From the NCBI GenBank assembly GCA_029552125.1, contig JAKPEE010000091.1:259-64258 (forward strand): DNA of 64,000 nucleotides. Direction: 5' to 3'. The translations under genes were made by a program, and so were the position numbers. This document shows positions 35,480 through 44,035 of this stretch, one piece after another. Numbering within the stretch: position 1 is the stretch's first letter; each line of letters opens with the position of its first letter. The stretch comes from Bacillota bacterium (GTDB lineage Bacteria > Bacillota > Dethiobacteria > DTU022). A model generated the notes under the pieces. It was not told the DNA's origin and did no database searches. It saw only the letters and a program-made list of their open reading frames with translations.

Positions 35480-36124
35480 ATGAATATTTTAATGCTGCAG
35501 CAGCATCTTGATCTGGAGGGAAAGGAACGGCCCGGCTGTATGATCCAGGCGGGGCGAGAACTGGCTTCCCGGGGCCATTGTGTCTATGTCATCTCCGGCA
35601 ATAGCACCCCGGCTCAACTCCTGGGGGATAAAAAGATCGGCCTGCTGCAAAAAGAAGGGCTGGCTATTATTGTAATGAATATCCCCTACGGCAGCGACAT
35701 GAAGCCACTGGATAAAGGCCGGTACCTGGTCGCTTACGCCAGGAAGGCCCTGCTGCAGGGGCGCCGGCTACCGAGGCCGGATTTAATCATCGCTTCTTCA
35801 CCGCCGCTCACTGCGGTGGCACCGGCCATTTCTTTGAGCCGGCGTTTTGGTGCGCCTTTAATCCTGGAAATACGGGAGCCGTGGCCGGAAGCGCTGATCC
35901 GGCGTGGCGCCCTTAAGCATAAAACCTTAATTAAGCTGTTCCGCCGGCTGGAGCAGAAAGCCTATGCCGCTGCGGCAGCCATTGTGGCCTTATCTCCTGC
36001 TGTCGCCGGGTCTCTAAAAAAGGAAACGGCGTGCCGGGGTAAAATACATATTATTGACGAGAACCAACCGGAAAGCGAACGGGCTTGCCGTTTAATCCGG
36101 GTGGTAGAGGAACTGAACCACTGA
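35480..36124 (+). CDS. GT4-type glycosyltransferase, N-terminal domain only (truncated gene or stand-alone domain)
   Basis: 214 aa. It starts MNILMLQQH... like the GT-B N-terminal (Glyco_trans_4) halves. The C-terminal nucleotide-sugar-binding half (EX7E) is absent. Confidence 0.5.
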   Translation: MNILMLQQHLDLEGKERPGCMIQAGRELASRGHCVYVISGNSTPAQLLGDKKIGLLQKEGLAIIVMNIPYGSDMKPLDKGRYLVAYARKALLQGRRLPRPDLIIASSPPLTAVAPAISLSRRFGAPLILEIREPWPEALIRRGALKHKTLIKLFRRLEQKAYAAAAAIVALSPAVAGSLKKETACRGKIHIIDENQPESERACRLIRVVEELNH

Positions 36125-36197
36125 AGAAATGAAGAATCGAAGAAATAGGCTATTCCAGGCCGCCCGCTGCGGCCACAAACAAAAACGGAAAGGGTGA

Positions 36198-36863
36198 ATG
36201 AGCTTGTCCGTTTCTGAAGAAAAAGAGGGTAAGGGGTTTTGGAGCGATAAAAATAAAGTCTGGCGTATTGCCGGCGCGGTGTTGATGGCAGCCGGGTTGA
36301 TCGTGCTGGGCTATGTCGGCTATCAAAAAGCGCTGGTTGCCTACCACCAGTACCAGCTAAGAAAAAACTACGCGGAGACGGAGGAAGAAGTAGAATTACC
36401 GGAAACAACAGAAGAAATCTTTGAGCATGTGGTGATTACGGAATGGCAGCCCATGCGCATCATTATCCCCAAAATTGATGTAGACCTGGTAGTGCAACAG
36501 GGCGATGTCTTCGACATGGCGCTGCACGACAAGGGGCCGGTTCATTTTGGCATGAGCGACCTGCCCAGTACTGAAGGGGGCAATACAGCCATCGCCGGGC
36601 ACCGCGGTACTCGCTGGGGCTTTTTCACCGATTTAGACTTTCTCGAAGAGGGGGACGAAATTTACCTGGATGTCGGCGGATACCGCTTTATCTACCTGGT
36701 GGAATGGATTAAAATAGTCGATCCATACGACTGGAGCGTTATAGACAGCACCGATTACCCCGCCATAACCCTCCAGACCTGTGAACCGAAATATGCTCCC
36801 GCCACCCATCGCTTGATCGTCCGGGGTGCGCTGGACAGGGTAACGGCCGCTCCCCGCTCTTAA
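36198..36863 (+). CDS. Sortase-family transpeptidase (class D/E-like) with an N-terminal membrane anchor
   Basis: Catalytic triad context: IAGHRG (His), TLQTCEP (Cys), RLIVRG (Arg). One N-terminal TM helix. Confidence 0.8.
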   Translation: MSLSVSEEKEGKGFWSDKNKVWRIAGAVLMAAGLIVLGYVGYQKALVAYHQYQLRKNYAETEEEVELPETTEEIFEHVVITEWQPMRIIIPKIDVDLVVQQGDVFDMALHDKGPVHFGMSDLPSTEGGNTAIAGHRGTRWGFFTDLDFLEEGDEIYLDVGGYRFIYLVEWIKIVDPYDWSVIDSTDYPAITLQTCEPKYAPATHRLIVRGALDRVTAAPRS

Positions 36864-36934
36864 GCGGACTGGCTGCCCTGCCAGGAGGGGGTTGCCCGTA
36901 AGGCCAGCAGGACGATTCCATAGCAAAAATTGGA

Positions 36935-36971
36935 AAGAGGGGCTGCCCTTTTAGGACAGCCCCTCTTTTGG
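36935..36971. terminator. Rho-independent terminator
   Basis: aagaggggctg (36935-45) / cagcccctctt (36957-67): an 11-bp stem with an 11-nt loop, followed by TTTG. Confidence 0.65.
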
Positions 36972-37521
36972 GGTAAGCATTTTTTAATGTTTTGCAGGAT
37001 AACCACGCCGAGAACAGAATTAATATCAACGGCAATCCAGTACATAATACCGCCGGCGCAAGGAAGGGTAGCCAGCGGATCAGGAAGCGAGGCTGCCGCA
37101 AAGCGGCACCTTACTCTTGCCTGGCGGGTGGGACAGGCTCCGCCTTTTAAACGGGAAAGCGGTAGCCGCACGGCGCAGCCTGCTGCAGAAGGAACTTCTA
37201 AAACCAGGGAAAGAAGAACAGGCGGCCAATCCGCTGTCCCCTTTTGCCATTGCCAACTGCCCTGCGCAAAACTGGCCCGCTGCCAGGCCCGGATGGATCA
37301 CCGGGAAGGAGCAGCCTTGCATATTTTAATCTGTTCGGGCCTGATCAAGGCCCGGCTGCAGATTAGCCAGGGGTCATTTCCAGGTTTCTTGAACGCATGA
37401 TCGCCGCCGCGTAATATGCCTGGCCGAGAGGCTTGCGGCGGCCGGCCTGGTGGGAGTGTTAGAAGTAAACCCTGCCGCCCAGCGGAAGATGAAGTAGGAT
37501 GAATAGCACGCGGGAGAGAAG

Positions 37522-38502
37522 GTGTTCAACTTGACAATGCAAAAGCCGGATGTTTCCGTGGTCATCCCGGCCTTCAACGAGGCGGAGTGCATCGCCCAGT
37601 TGCACGCGGAAGTGGTGGCCGTCTGTGAGAGAGAAGGGTATGATTATGAAATTATAATCGTCGACGACGGCTCTACCGACGGTACCGCCGCCATCGTGCA
37701 GCAGCTTTCGCCGGTGATCTTCATCCGCCTGCGGCGCAACTTCGGGCAGACGGCAGCCATTGACTGCGGCATCAAAAGGGCGCGCGGCCGGCTCATCGTG
37801 ACCATGGACGGCGACCGGCAGAATGACCCGGCGGATATACCGATGCTGATACGCTATCTTGAAGAAAACGATCTGGACGTGGTTTCCGGATGGCGTAAAG
37901 ACAGAAAAGATCCGTTTATGAAAAGGCTCTCTTCCCGGGCGGCCAACCTGGTGCGCACCCTGATGATCAAAGACGGCCTGCATGACTCGGGGTGTTCTCT
38001 GAAGGTGTACCGGGCCGAATGCTTCAACGGGATCAGCCTTTACGGGGAGATGCACCGCTTTATTCCCGCGGTGTTGAAAATTAAAGGCTTCCGTATCGGC
38101 GAGTGCGTGGTCAATCACCGTCCCCGGCTCACCGGGCACACCAAGTACGGCTGGAAACGCGGGGTGAAGGGATTAATCGATATGGTCAGCGTCTGGTTCT
38201 GGCACAAGTTTGCCGTGCGGCCGCTGCACCTGCTGGGCGGGCTGGGAGTGGCTTTTTTTGTTGCCGGAAGCTTGTGTGCCTTGATCGGTATTGCATTTTA
38301 TCTGGCCGGAATCGAACTTTTTAAGTATTTCCTACCAATATTATCCTCTTTTTTACTTATTTCCGGTATTCAATTTTTCCTCTTTGGATTAATCGCTGAT
38401 ATGCTTTCTAAAAACTATTTTGAAACAACACAGGATCAGCCATACAGTATTCTCGAGGTCAAGGTTCAAAAAAAGTCACCGGTTAAGAATTCTATCTCCT
38501 AG
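37522..38502 (+). CDS. GT2 polyprenyl-phosphate glycosyltransferase (GtrB/DPM1/ArnC-like) with two C-terminal TM helices
   Basis: VSVVIPAFNE, IVDDGSTDGT and MDGDRQNDP motifs. The start is uncertain (GTG 37522, TTG 37531 or ATG 37537). G+C drops from about 67% to about 30% inside the gene at about 38.25-38.32 kb. Confidence 0.85.
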   Translation: MFNLTMQKPDVSVVIPAFNEAECIAQLHAEVVAVCEREGYDYEIIIVDDGSTDGTAAIVQQLSPVIFIRLRRNFGQTAAIDCGIKRARGRLIVTMDGDRQNDPADIPMLIRYLEENDLDVVSGWRKDRKDPFMKRLSSRAANLVRTLMIKDGLHDSGCSLKVYRAECFNGISLYGEMHRFIPAVLKIKGFRIGECVVNHRPRLTGHTKYGWKRGVKGLIDMVSVWFWHKFAVRPLHLLGGLGVAFFVAGSLCALIGIAFYLAGIELFKYFLPILSSFLLISGIQFFLFGLIADMLSKNYFETTQDQPYSILEVKVQKKSPVKNSIS

Positions 38503-38546
38503 CTAAATATCGCTGTCGCCAGGGAGACATGGCCTTTGGGAGGGAA

Positions 38547-40826
38547 ATGATGAAACTTGCAGTAATTAAAGAACAACTGATCAAAAATAGCAGCTTTATT
38601 ATTTTCTTTTTTCTTTTATGTATTATTTATTTTTTCTCCCTGCAATTTGTGCCTGCTACTATTACTATTGAAATGAGAACCGGTGCAGATGATACCGGCC
38701 AGCTTTTTTTTGATCGGGGATTAGGTTATCGGGAACCAGACAGTATTATCTTTTCCGTGAAAGGGTCGGACGAATTTGAAAAATATAGTATCAGGCTTCC
38801 TGGAGTAAAAATAAAATCTATTCGTATTGACCCGATCACACAGCCGGGAACCTTTGAACTTCGTTCAATTTCTATTGAAGCCGTTGGCCGGCAAATATAC
38901 CTGGAAAAAGAAGATCTACAAAAAACCTTAACCCCGCTAAACCAGGTCACACTAGTGGGCGATGATGACGTTATCCACGGGGTTTCTCATGGCATAGATC
39001 CATTTTTTAGATTTGATGGCCTTCAAAATGCCAATAGTTTTCCTCTCTTTATCAGTGTGCCTGTCTTGCTAATATTACTTTTATTTGTATGCGGCGCAAG
39101 GTATTTGTTCTATGATCAAAAGTGGGAGTTTTATTTTGCTCTCTTTTTGCTTATATTTGCACTCCCGACCATGATGCCGCTTTTATTGACCCTGGTTCTA
39201 TCTTTTATCGCCTTACTTTTATTTTTATTTCTCCTTTATAAAAATGCCAGAGCGCCACAGGAGCTGGCATTAGGAAAAAAGCAGTTCATCTTACCTGTAT
39301 TTTGGCAAAATGAAAATTTGAGATACAATATCTGCTTATTACTAATACTGGTACTTGCTTTTTTGCTTCGCTTTATCAACCTTACTATTCTTGATCCCTA
39401 CACTGATGAATACAGCCATCTCGTAGCGGCAAAAGAATATATTGATACCGGGTTTCTCAGGTATACCAGGGCTCCCTTTGTCACTTATATATCAGCCTGG
39501 TTTTGTCGTTTGGGCAACCCTTCTTCATTTTACGATTATGTTTTTTGGAGTAGACTGCCCGGTGTTATTTTCAGTACCCTTACTGTTATCCCCCTCTACC
39601 TGGCCACACGTCGAATCTCTAAACCTGTAGCCCTGATCTCTGCCCTCCTTTGGGCCACTTCACCCTGGGCCATCGGCGTGGCCAAAACGATCCGGGAATA
39701 TGCCTATTACCCCTTTTTTATCATGCTGGCAGTCTTGCTTTTGATCGAGTTTTTTGAATTACTTTTCGAATTTAAATGGAAGCATGGGCCTGTGCTGTTG
39801 CTTTTAATCTTACCGGTTATTGCCCTGGCGCTTTATGCTTTTCGCTATGATACTGCATCAACCTTGCGGATTTGCATGGTGGTCTTCGCCGGAGTTGCCG
39901 CATTTTATTTCTTAACCTATATCATCAGATTTAAAAAGCTTTCCCGAGGTCCTAAAATTTTAACTGGGGCTGTCTATGCCCTGTCAATATTTGTTGTTGC
40001 CTGGATGATTTTATATGCCAACAAATCCGGCCATACGAATATTGACAATTTCCAATTTGTTGATTACTGGCTGCGTGTGTTTTTTGTTCCGGGAAACCCG
40101 GGGGCACCGCTGCACTGGTGGGGGGAATATCCTTTTCTTTCAATAGCATTATTTATTTCCGGCCTTGGTTTTCTTTATGCTGTAATCCGTAAACATTACT
40201 ATTATTATATGCATTTCATTGTTTTTACACTTTTACTCATTTTCTATGTATTTATTTTTGACCGGTATGATCGGCCCCGCTACATTTTTTACGCCTTACC
40301 GTTCTTTTCCTCTCTCATTGCCATGTCTATTTATGCCCTAATCGATTTTGCTAAAAAACTGAAGCCCCGGTCGCTTAAAATCGCCGGCGTAGCAGCGGTT
40401 TTTCTATTTATCTTCCAGACATTTGATTACCAGAGCATACTCTATCCTGTTTTATCAGACGAACATGGTTATGTGAAAACAACCAATGAGCACCATGATT
40501 ATCTAAAAAGTACAATTAAATTGCTGGAAAAAGAGATTAGCCCCGATGATGTCTTTATCACTACCATTGCCAGGAGTGCCATCGAGCTAGGTTTTAATAT
40601 CGATAGCGACAGAATATACAATTATTCGTTTAAAGAAAAAAAACGTTTTGAAAAAGTCGAGAAAATTATTTCTGAAAACCCTCAGGGTTTCATGATCCTG
40701 GACTGGCGGCGGAACGGCTATTATGCTGAAGGGTTTCCCAAAGAAGGAAAGTTCATGATCGGTGATACCGAGGTCGAAGTAATCTTTAACCAGGACGGAA
40801 TGCAGGTGTACCGGTGGAAAAGATAA
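38547..40826 (+). CDS. GT-C fold (PMT/ArnT, GT39/GT83-like) polyprenyl-phosphate-sugar-dependent glycosyltransferase with an extra N-terminal domain
   Basis: About 759 aa with more than 10 TM helices. The first-loop motif LDPYTDEYSH follows a TM helix, as in PMT/ArnT enzymes. An N-terminal TM plus a ~150-aa soluble segment (IRIDPITQPGTFELRSI) precedes the GT-C core. Confidence 0.65.
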   Translation: MMKLAVIKEQLIKNSSFIIFFFLLCIIYFFSLQFVPATITIEMRTGADDTGQLFFDRGLGYREPDSIIFSVKGSDEFEKYSIRLPGVKIKSIRIDPITQPGTFELRSISIEAVGRQIYLEKEDLQKTLTPLNQVTLVGDDDVIHGVSHGIDPFFRFDGLQNANSFPLFISVPVLLILLLFVCGARYLFYDQKWEFYFALFLLIFALPTMMPLLLTLVLSFIALLLFLFLLYKNARAPQELALGKKQFILPVFWQNENLRYNICLLLILVLAFLLRFINLTILDPYTDEYSHLVAAKEYIDTGFLRYTRAPFVTYISAWFCRLGNPSSFYDYVFWSRLPGVIFSTLTVIPLYLATRRISKPVALISALLWATSPWAIGVAKTIREYAYYPFFIMLAVLLLIEFFELLFEFKWKHGPVLLLLILPVIALALYAFRYDTASTLRICMVVFAGVAAFYFLTYIIRFKKLSRGPKILTGAVYALSIFVVAWMILYANKSGHTNIDNFQFVDYWLRVFFVPGNPGAPLHWWGEYPFLSIALFISGLGFLYAVIRKHYYYYMHFIVFTLLLIFYVFIFDRYDRPRYIFYALPFFSSLIAMSIYALIDFAKKLKPRSLKIAGVAAVFLFIFQTFDYQSILYPVLSDEHGYVKTTNEHHDYLKSTIKLLEKEISPDDVFITTIARSAIELGFNIDSDRIYNYSFKEKKRFEKVEKIISENPQGFMILDWRRNGYYAEGFPKEGKFMIGDTEVEVIFNQDGMQVYRWKR

Positions 40827-41953
40827 ATATTTTAATGCTTAATTATGAATTCCCCCCCCTGGGCGGGGGAGCCGGCAACGCCAATTATTATCTCCTGAAA
40901 GAATTTTCCCGCTACCCGGAACTAGAAATAGATCTGGTTACTTCATCCAGCGGCGCTTACCAGGTGAAACGGTTCTCTGATAATACTACTATTCATTATC
41001 TGGATATTTATAAAAAAAACCGGAACATGCATTACCAGTCCAATCAGAATCTGGTTATTTTTTCCTTAAAGGCACTTTATTATACCCGGAAACTGATCAG
41101 GCAGAAAAAATTCGATTTATGCCACGCCTTTTTTGGTATCCCATGCGGCTACCTGGCCATGAAATTAAATCTTCCGTACATCGTAAGTTTAAGGGGTAGT
41201 GATGTTCCTTTTTATAACCACCGGTTTTACTGGCTGGATAAACTTTTGTTTAGACGGTTAAGCTGCAAGATCTGGCAAAGGGCTCAAGAAGTTATTGCCA
41301 ACTCCGCCGGTCTTAAAGCTCTGGCTACGGCAGCCTGCCCCGGGCAGAATATATCGATTATTGGTAACGGCGTGGATATAGAGGAATTTTACCCGCATAC
41401 CACGAATATAAAAAAATCGCATCAGAAGCTGGTTTTGATTTCCACCGGTAGACTCATAGAAAGAAAAGGTTACCAGTATTTAATTAAAGCCATGCACGGG
41501 CTCGGTAATGTGGAGCTCCGATTGATTGGTGAAGGAAATTTAAAGAACAATCTTGAAGGGCTGGCTGCCAGTTGTAATGTAAAGGTCAATTTTTTGGGGA
41601 AAGTAAGCCATCATTGCCTTCCGGAATATTTAAGAAACGCTGATATATTTGTCCTTCCTTCCTTAAACGAAGGAATGTCGAATGCAATTTTAGAAGCAAT
41701 GGCTTGCGGGCTCCCCATTATCACAACCGACACCGGCGGAAGCAAAGAGTTGATCAAAGACAACGGGTTTATCGTTAAAAAAGCTGATATAAATGAGCTT
41801 AAGCAAGCGATAAAATTGTTTATCCAAAACCCGGAGTTAGTTGTCCAGATGGGCAAAGCATCCCGTAGACTGGCTGAAGGGATGAGTTGGGTTAAGGTCA
41901 GCGCTGCCTACCGGGAAGCATATTACCGTTGCAAGTATTCTAATGTACACTAA
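40814..41953 (+). CDS. GT4 glycosyltransferase
   Basis: INILMLNYEFPPLGGGAGNA N-terminus and EGMSNAILEAMACGLPIITTD (EX7E). GTG 40814 overlaps the upstream gene end. Confidence 0.85.
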   Translation: MEKINILMLNYEFPPLGGGAGNANYYLLKEFSRYPELEIDLVTSSSGAYQVKRFSDNTTIHYLDIYKKNRNMHYQSNQNLVIFSLKALYYTRKLIRQKKFDLCHAFFGIPCGYLAMKLNLPYIVSLRGSDVPFYNHRFYWLDKLLFRRLSCKIWQRAQEVIANSAGLKALATAACPGQNISIIGNGVDIEEFYPHTTNIKKSHQKLVLISTGRLIERKGYQYLIKAMHGLGNVELRLIGEGNLKNNLEGLAASCNVKVNFLGKVSHHCLPEYLRNADIFVLPSLNEGMSNAILEAMACGLPIITTDTGGSKELIKDNGFIVKKADINELKQAIKLFIQNPELVVQMGKASRRLAEGMSWVKVSAAYREAYYRCKYSNVH

Positions 41954-41971
41954 ATCATAAAGGGGATTAAT

Positions 41972-42835
41972 ATGGAGAGTAAACCGGTAGTAATTGCAGA
42001 AATTGGTTGCAACCATAAAGGTGAAATGGAAATTGCGCATGAAATGATTAAAGTCGCTTCGATTTTTTGCAAGGTAGATGTGGTGAAATTTCAAAAGCGC
42101 AATCCCAGGGAGTTGCTAACCGATGAAGAATATAATGCCCCTCACCCTGACCCTCCCAACAGTTATGGAAAAACATACGGAGAACATAGAGAATACCTGG
42201 AATTTGACCTCGATCAGCATAGAAAGCTAAAATCCTGGTGTGAAGAATATGGCCTTATTTATAGTACTTCTGTCTGGGATCTTACTTCAGCCAGAGAAAT
42301 TATTTCTTTGAATCCGAAAATGATTAAAGTACCTTCCGCCTGCAACTTGAGATTTGACATGCTGGAACTGCTCTGCCGGGAATATCAAGGGGAAATTCAT
42401 TTATCACTCGGCATGACCACGCGAGAAGAAGAGAAAAAAATTGTTGAATTTTTTGTGGATATGAAGAGAAACCCTGACCTGGTGTTGTATGCCTGTACAT
42501 CCGGGTATCCTGTGGCTTTCGAAGACATCTGTCTTTATGAAATCGTTCGCCTGAAAGAGCAGTACGGCCAGATAGTAAAAGGGGTCGGCTTTTCGGGCCA
42601 CCACCTCGGCATAGCGGCGGATATTGCGGCCATGACCCTGGGGGCGATGTGGATCGAAAGGCATTATACACTTGACCGGACCTGGAAAGGTACAGACCAT
42701 GCCGCCAGTATTGAGCCCGACGGGTTAAGAAGGCTGAGCCGTGATTTGCGGAATGTATACAAAGCCCTGTCCTACAAGCCCCAGGATATTCTTGATGTAG
42801 AAATGGTGCAAAGAAAAAAATTGAAGAGGTTATAA
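41972..42835 (+). CDS. Nonulosonic acid (sialic acid/Kdn) 9-phosphate synthase-like NeuB-family enzyme without a SAF/AFP domain
   Basis: 287 aa. VIAEIGCNHKGEMEIA (NeuB TIM barrel). The blocks GKTYGEHREYLEF and TLDRTWKGTDHAASIEP resemble my recollection of animal NANS rather than bacterial NeuB. It ends before a SAF domain would begin. Confidence 0.75.
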   Translation: MESKPVVIAEIGCNHKGEMEIAHEMIKVASIFCKVDVVKFQKRNPRELLTDEEYNAPHPDPPNSYGKTYGEHREYLEFDLDQHRKLKSWCEEYGLIYSTSVWDLTSAREIISLNPKMIKVPSACNLRFDMLELLCREYQGEIHLSLGMTTREEEKKIVEFFVDMKRNPDLVLYACTSGYPVAFEDICLYEIVRLKEQYGQIVKGVGFSGHHLGIAADIAAMTLGAMWIERHYTLDRTWKGTDHAASIEPDGLRRLSRDLRNVYKALSYKPQDILDVEMVQRKKLKRL

Positions 42836-42836
42836 T

Positions 42837-44021
42837 ATGGAAATTTTGGCCCTGGTCCCTCTGCGTGGCGGATCAAAAAGCATTCCCCACAAAAATATAA
42901 AAGAGATTGCCGGTAAGCCACTTTGCGCCTGGGCTCTGGAAGCTGCAGTGAATGCGCAAATTTTTGATCGAATCGTGGTCTCTACCGATAGTGAAGAAAT
43001 TTCCGCTGTGGTTCGCAGCTTGAATCTCGGGGTTGAAATTTTGCCCCGGCCGTCTTTTTTAGCCACCGATGAGACACCGACAGAAGCGGTGATGCTGCAC
43101 GCGGCGGAACATTATCGATTTGATGTGCTGACCACCATCCAGGCGACTTCGCCCCTGGTTACCGCTAAAGATTTCTCTATGGCCTGGCAGCAATTTCAAA
43201 GGGAGGGGCTGAACTCTCTCCTGACCGGGGTTAGGGTTAAACGTTTCTTTTGGACAGAAGAGGGGCCGTTGAATTACGACCCTCAAAAACGTCCCAGGCG
43301 CCAGGAGTTCAAGGGCGTGTTTGTTGAAAACGGCGCTTTCTATATGACAGAGCGGAAGATCCTTGAACAATATCGCTGCCGTTTGGGGGGGAAGATTGGT
43401 ATTTACGAAATGCCCGCCGATACGATCGTGGAGATTGATGAACCCCGTGACTGGGAAACGGTAGAAACACTTTTGCGGGCCAAAGCAGCTATAAACATAA
43501 GCGAGATACTAAAGGACGTCAGGCTTCTCGCTTTCGACTGCGACGGGGTGCTAACCGACGGCGGCATGTATTACGGCGAAAACGGGGAAGAGTTGAAGAA
43601 ATTCAACACCCGGGACGGCCAGGGGCTGGAGTTGATTCGCAGCCTCGGCATTAAGAGCGCCTTAATCACCCGTGAAAACAGTGAAGCAGCACGGAAAAGA
43701 GCAGAGAAGCTAAAAATTGACGAACTGTTCCTGGCGGTTTTGGACAAAGAGAAGCCGCTGCGGATACTTCTGGATAAATACCGGCTTCAACCCGGGCAAA
43801 TTGCTTATATCGGAGATGATATCGGCGATATCCCGGCGATGGAAATGGCAGGTATTTCTTTTGCCGTGGCCGATGCGGTAGACTTAGTTAAAAGAAAAGC
43901 GCGTTTCGTCCTTAATAAAAAGGGTGGAGAGGGCGCGGTAAGGGAAGTATGCGATTACATTATACGGGGAATCGCTAGACCACCCGATCATTCCCGGGAC
44001 AGCATGCCGGCCGATTTGTAA
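42837..44021 (+). CDS. Fusion protein: CMP-N-acylneuraminate/Kdn cytidylyltransferase (NeuA-like) plus KdsC-type HAD phosphatase
   Basis: The N-terminus has ALVPLRGGSKSIPHKNI and IQATSPL. From about aa 225 it has FDCDGVLTDG...NTRDG...GDDIGD, the KdsC / Kdn-9-P phosphatase HAD signature. Confidence 0.85.
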   Translation: MEILALVPLRGGSKSIPHKNIKEIAGKPLCAWALEAAVNAQIFDRIVVSTDSEEISAVVRSLNLGVEILPRPSFLATDETPTEAVMLHAAEHYRFDVLTTIQATSPLVTAKDFSMAWQQFQREGLNSLLTGVRVKRFFWTEEGPLNYDPQKRPRRQEFKGVFVENGAFYMTERKILEQYRCRLGGKIGIYEMPADTIVEIDEPRDWETVETLLRAKAAINISEILKDVRLLAFDCDGVLTDGGMYYGENGEELKKFNTRDGQGLELIRSLGIKSALITRENSEAARKRAEKLKIDELFLAVLDKEKPLRILLDKYRLQPGQIAYIGDDIGDIPAMEMAGISFAVADAVDLVKRKARFVLNKKGGEGAVREVCDYIIRGIARPPDHSRDSMPADL

Positions 44022-44035
44022 GGGAGGAAGCATCC

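Noticed and set aside
36860-37171. Minus-strand ORFs (36860-37171 and 36739-37101) that could encode a small membrane protein ending near the sortase gene
   Set aside because: Both read straight through the strong terminator hairpin at 36935-36971 and overlap the sortase 3' end. Neither has an RBS.
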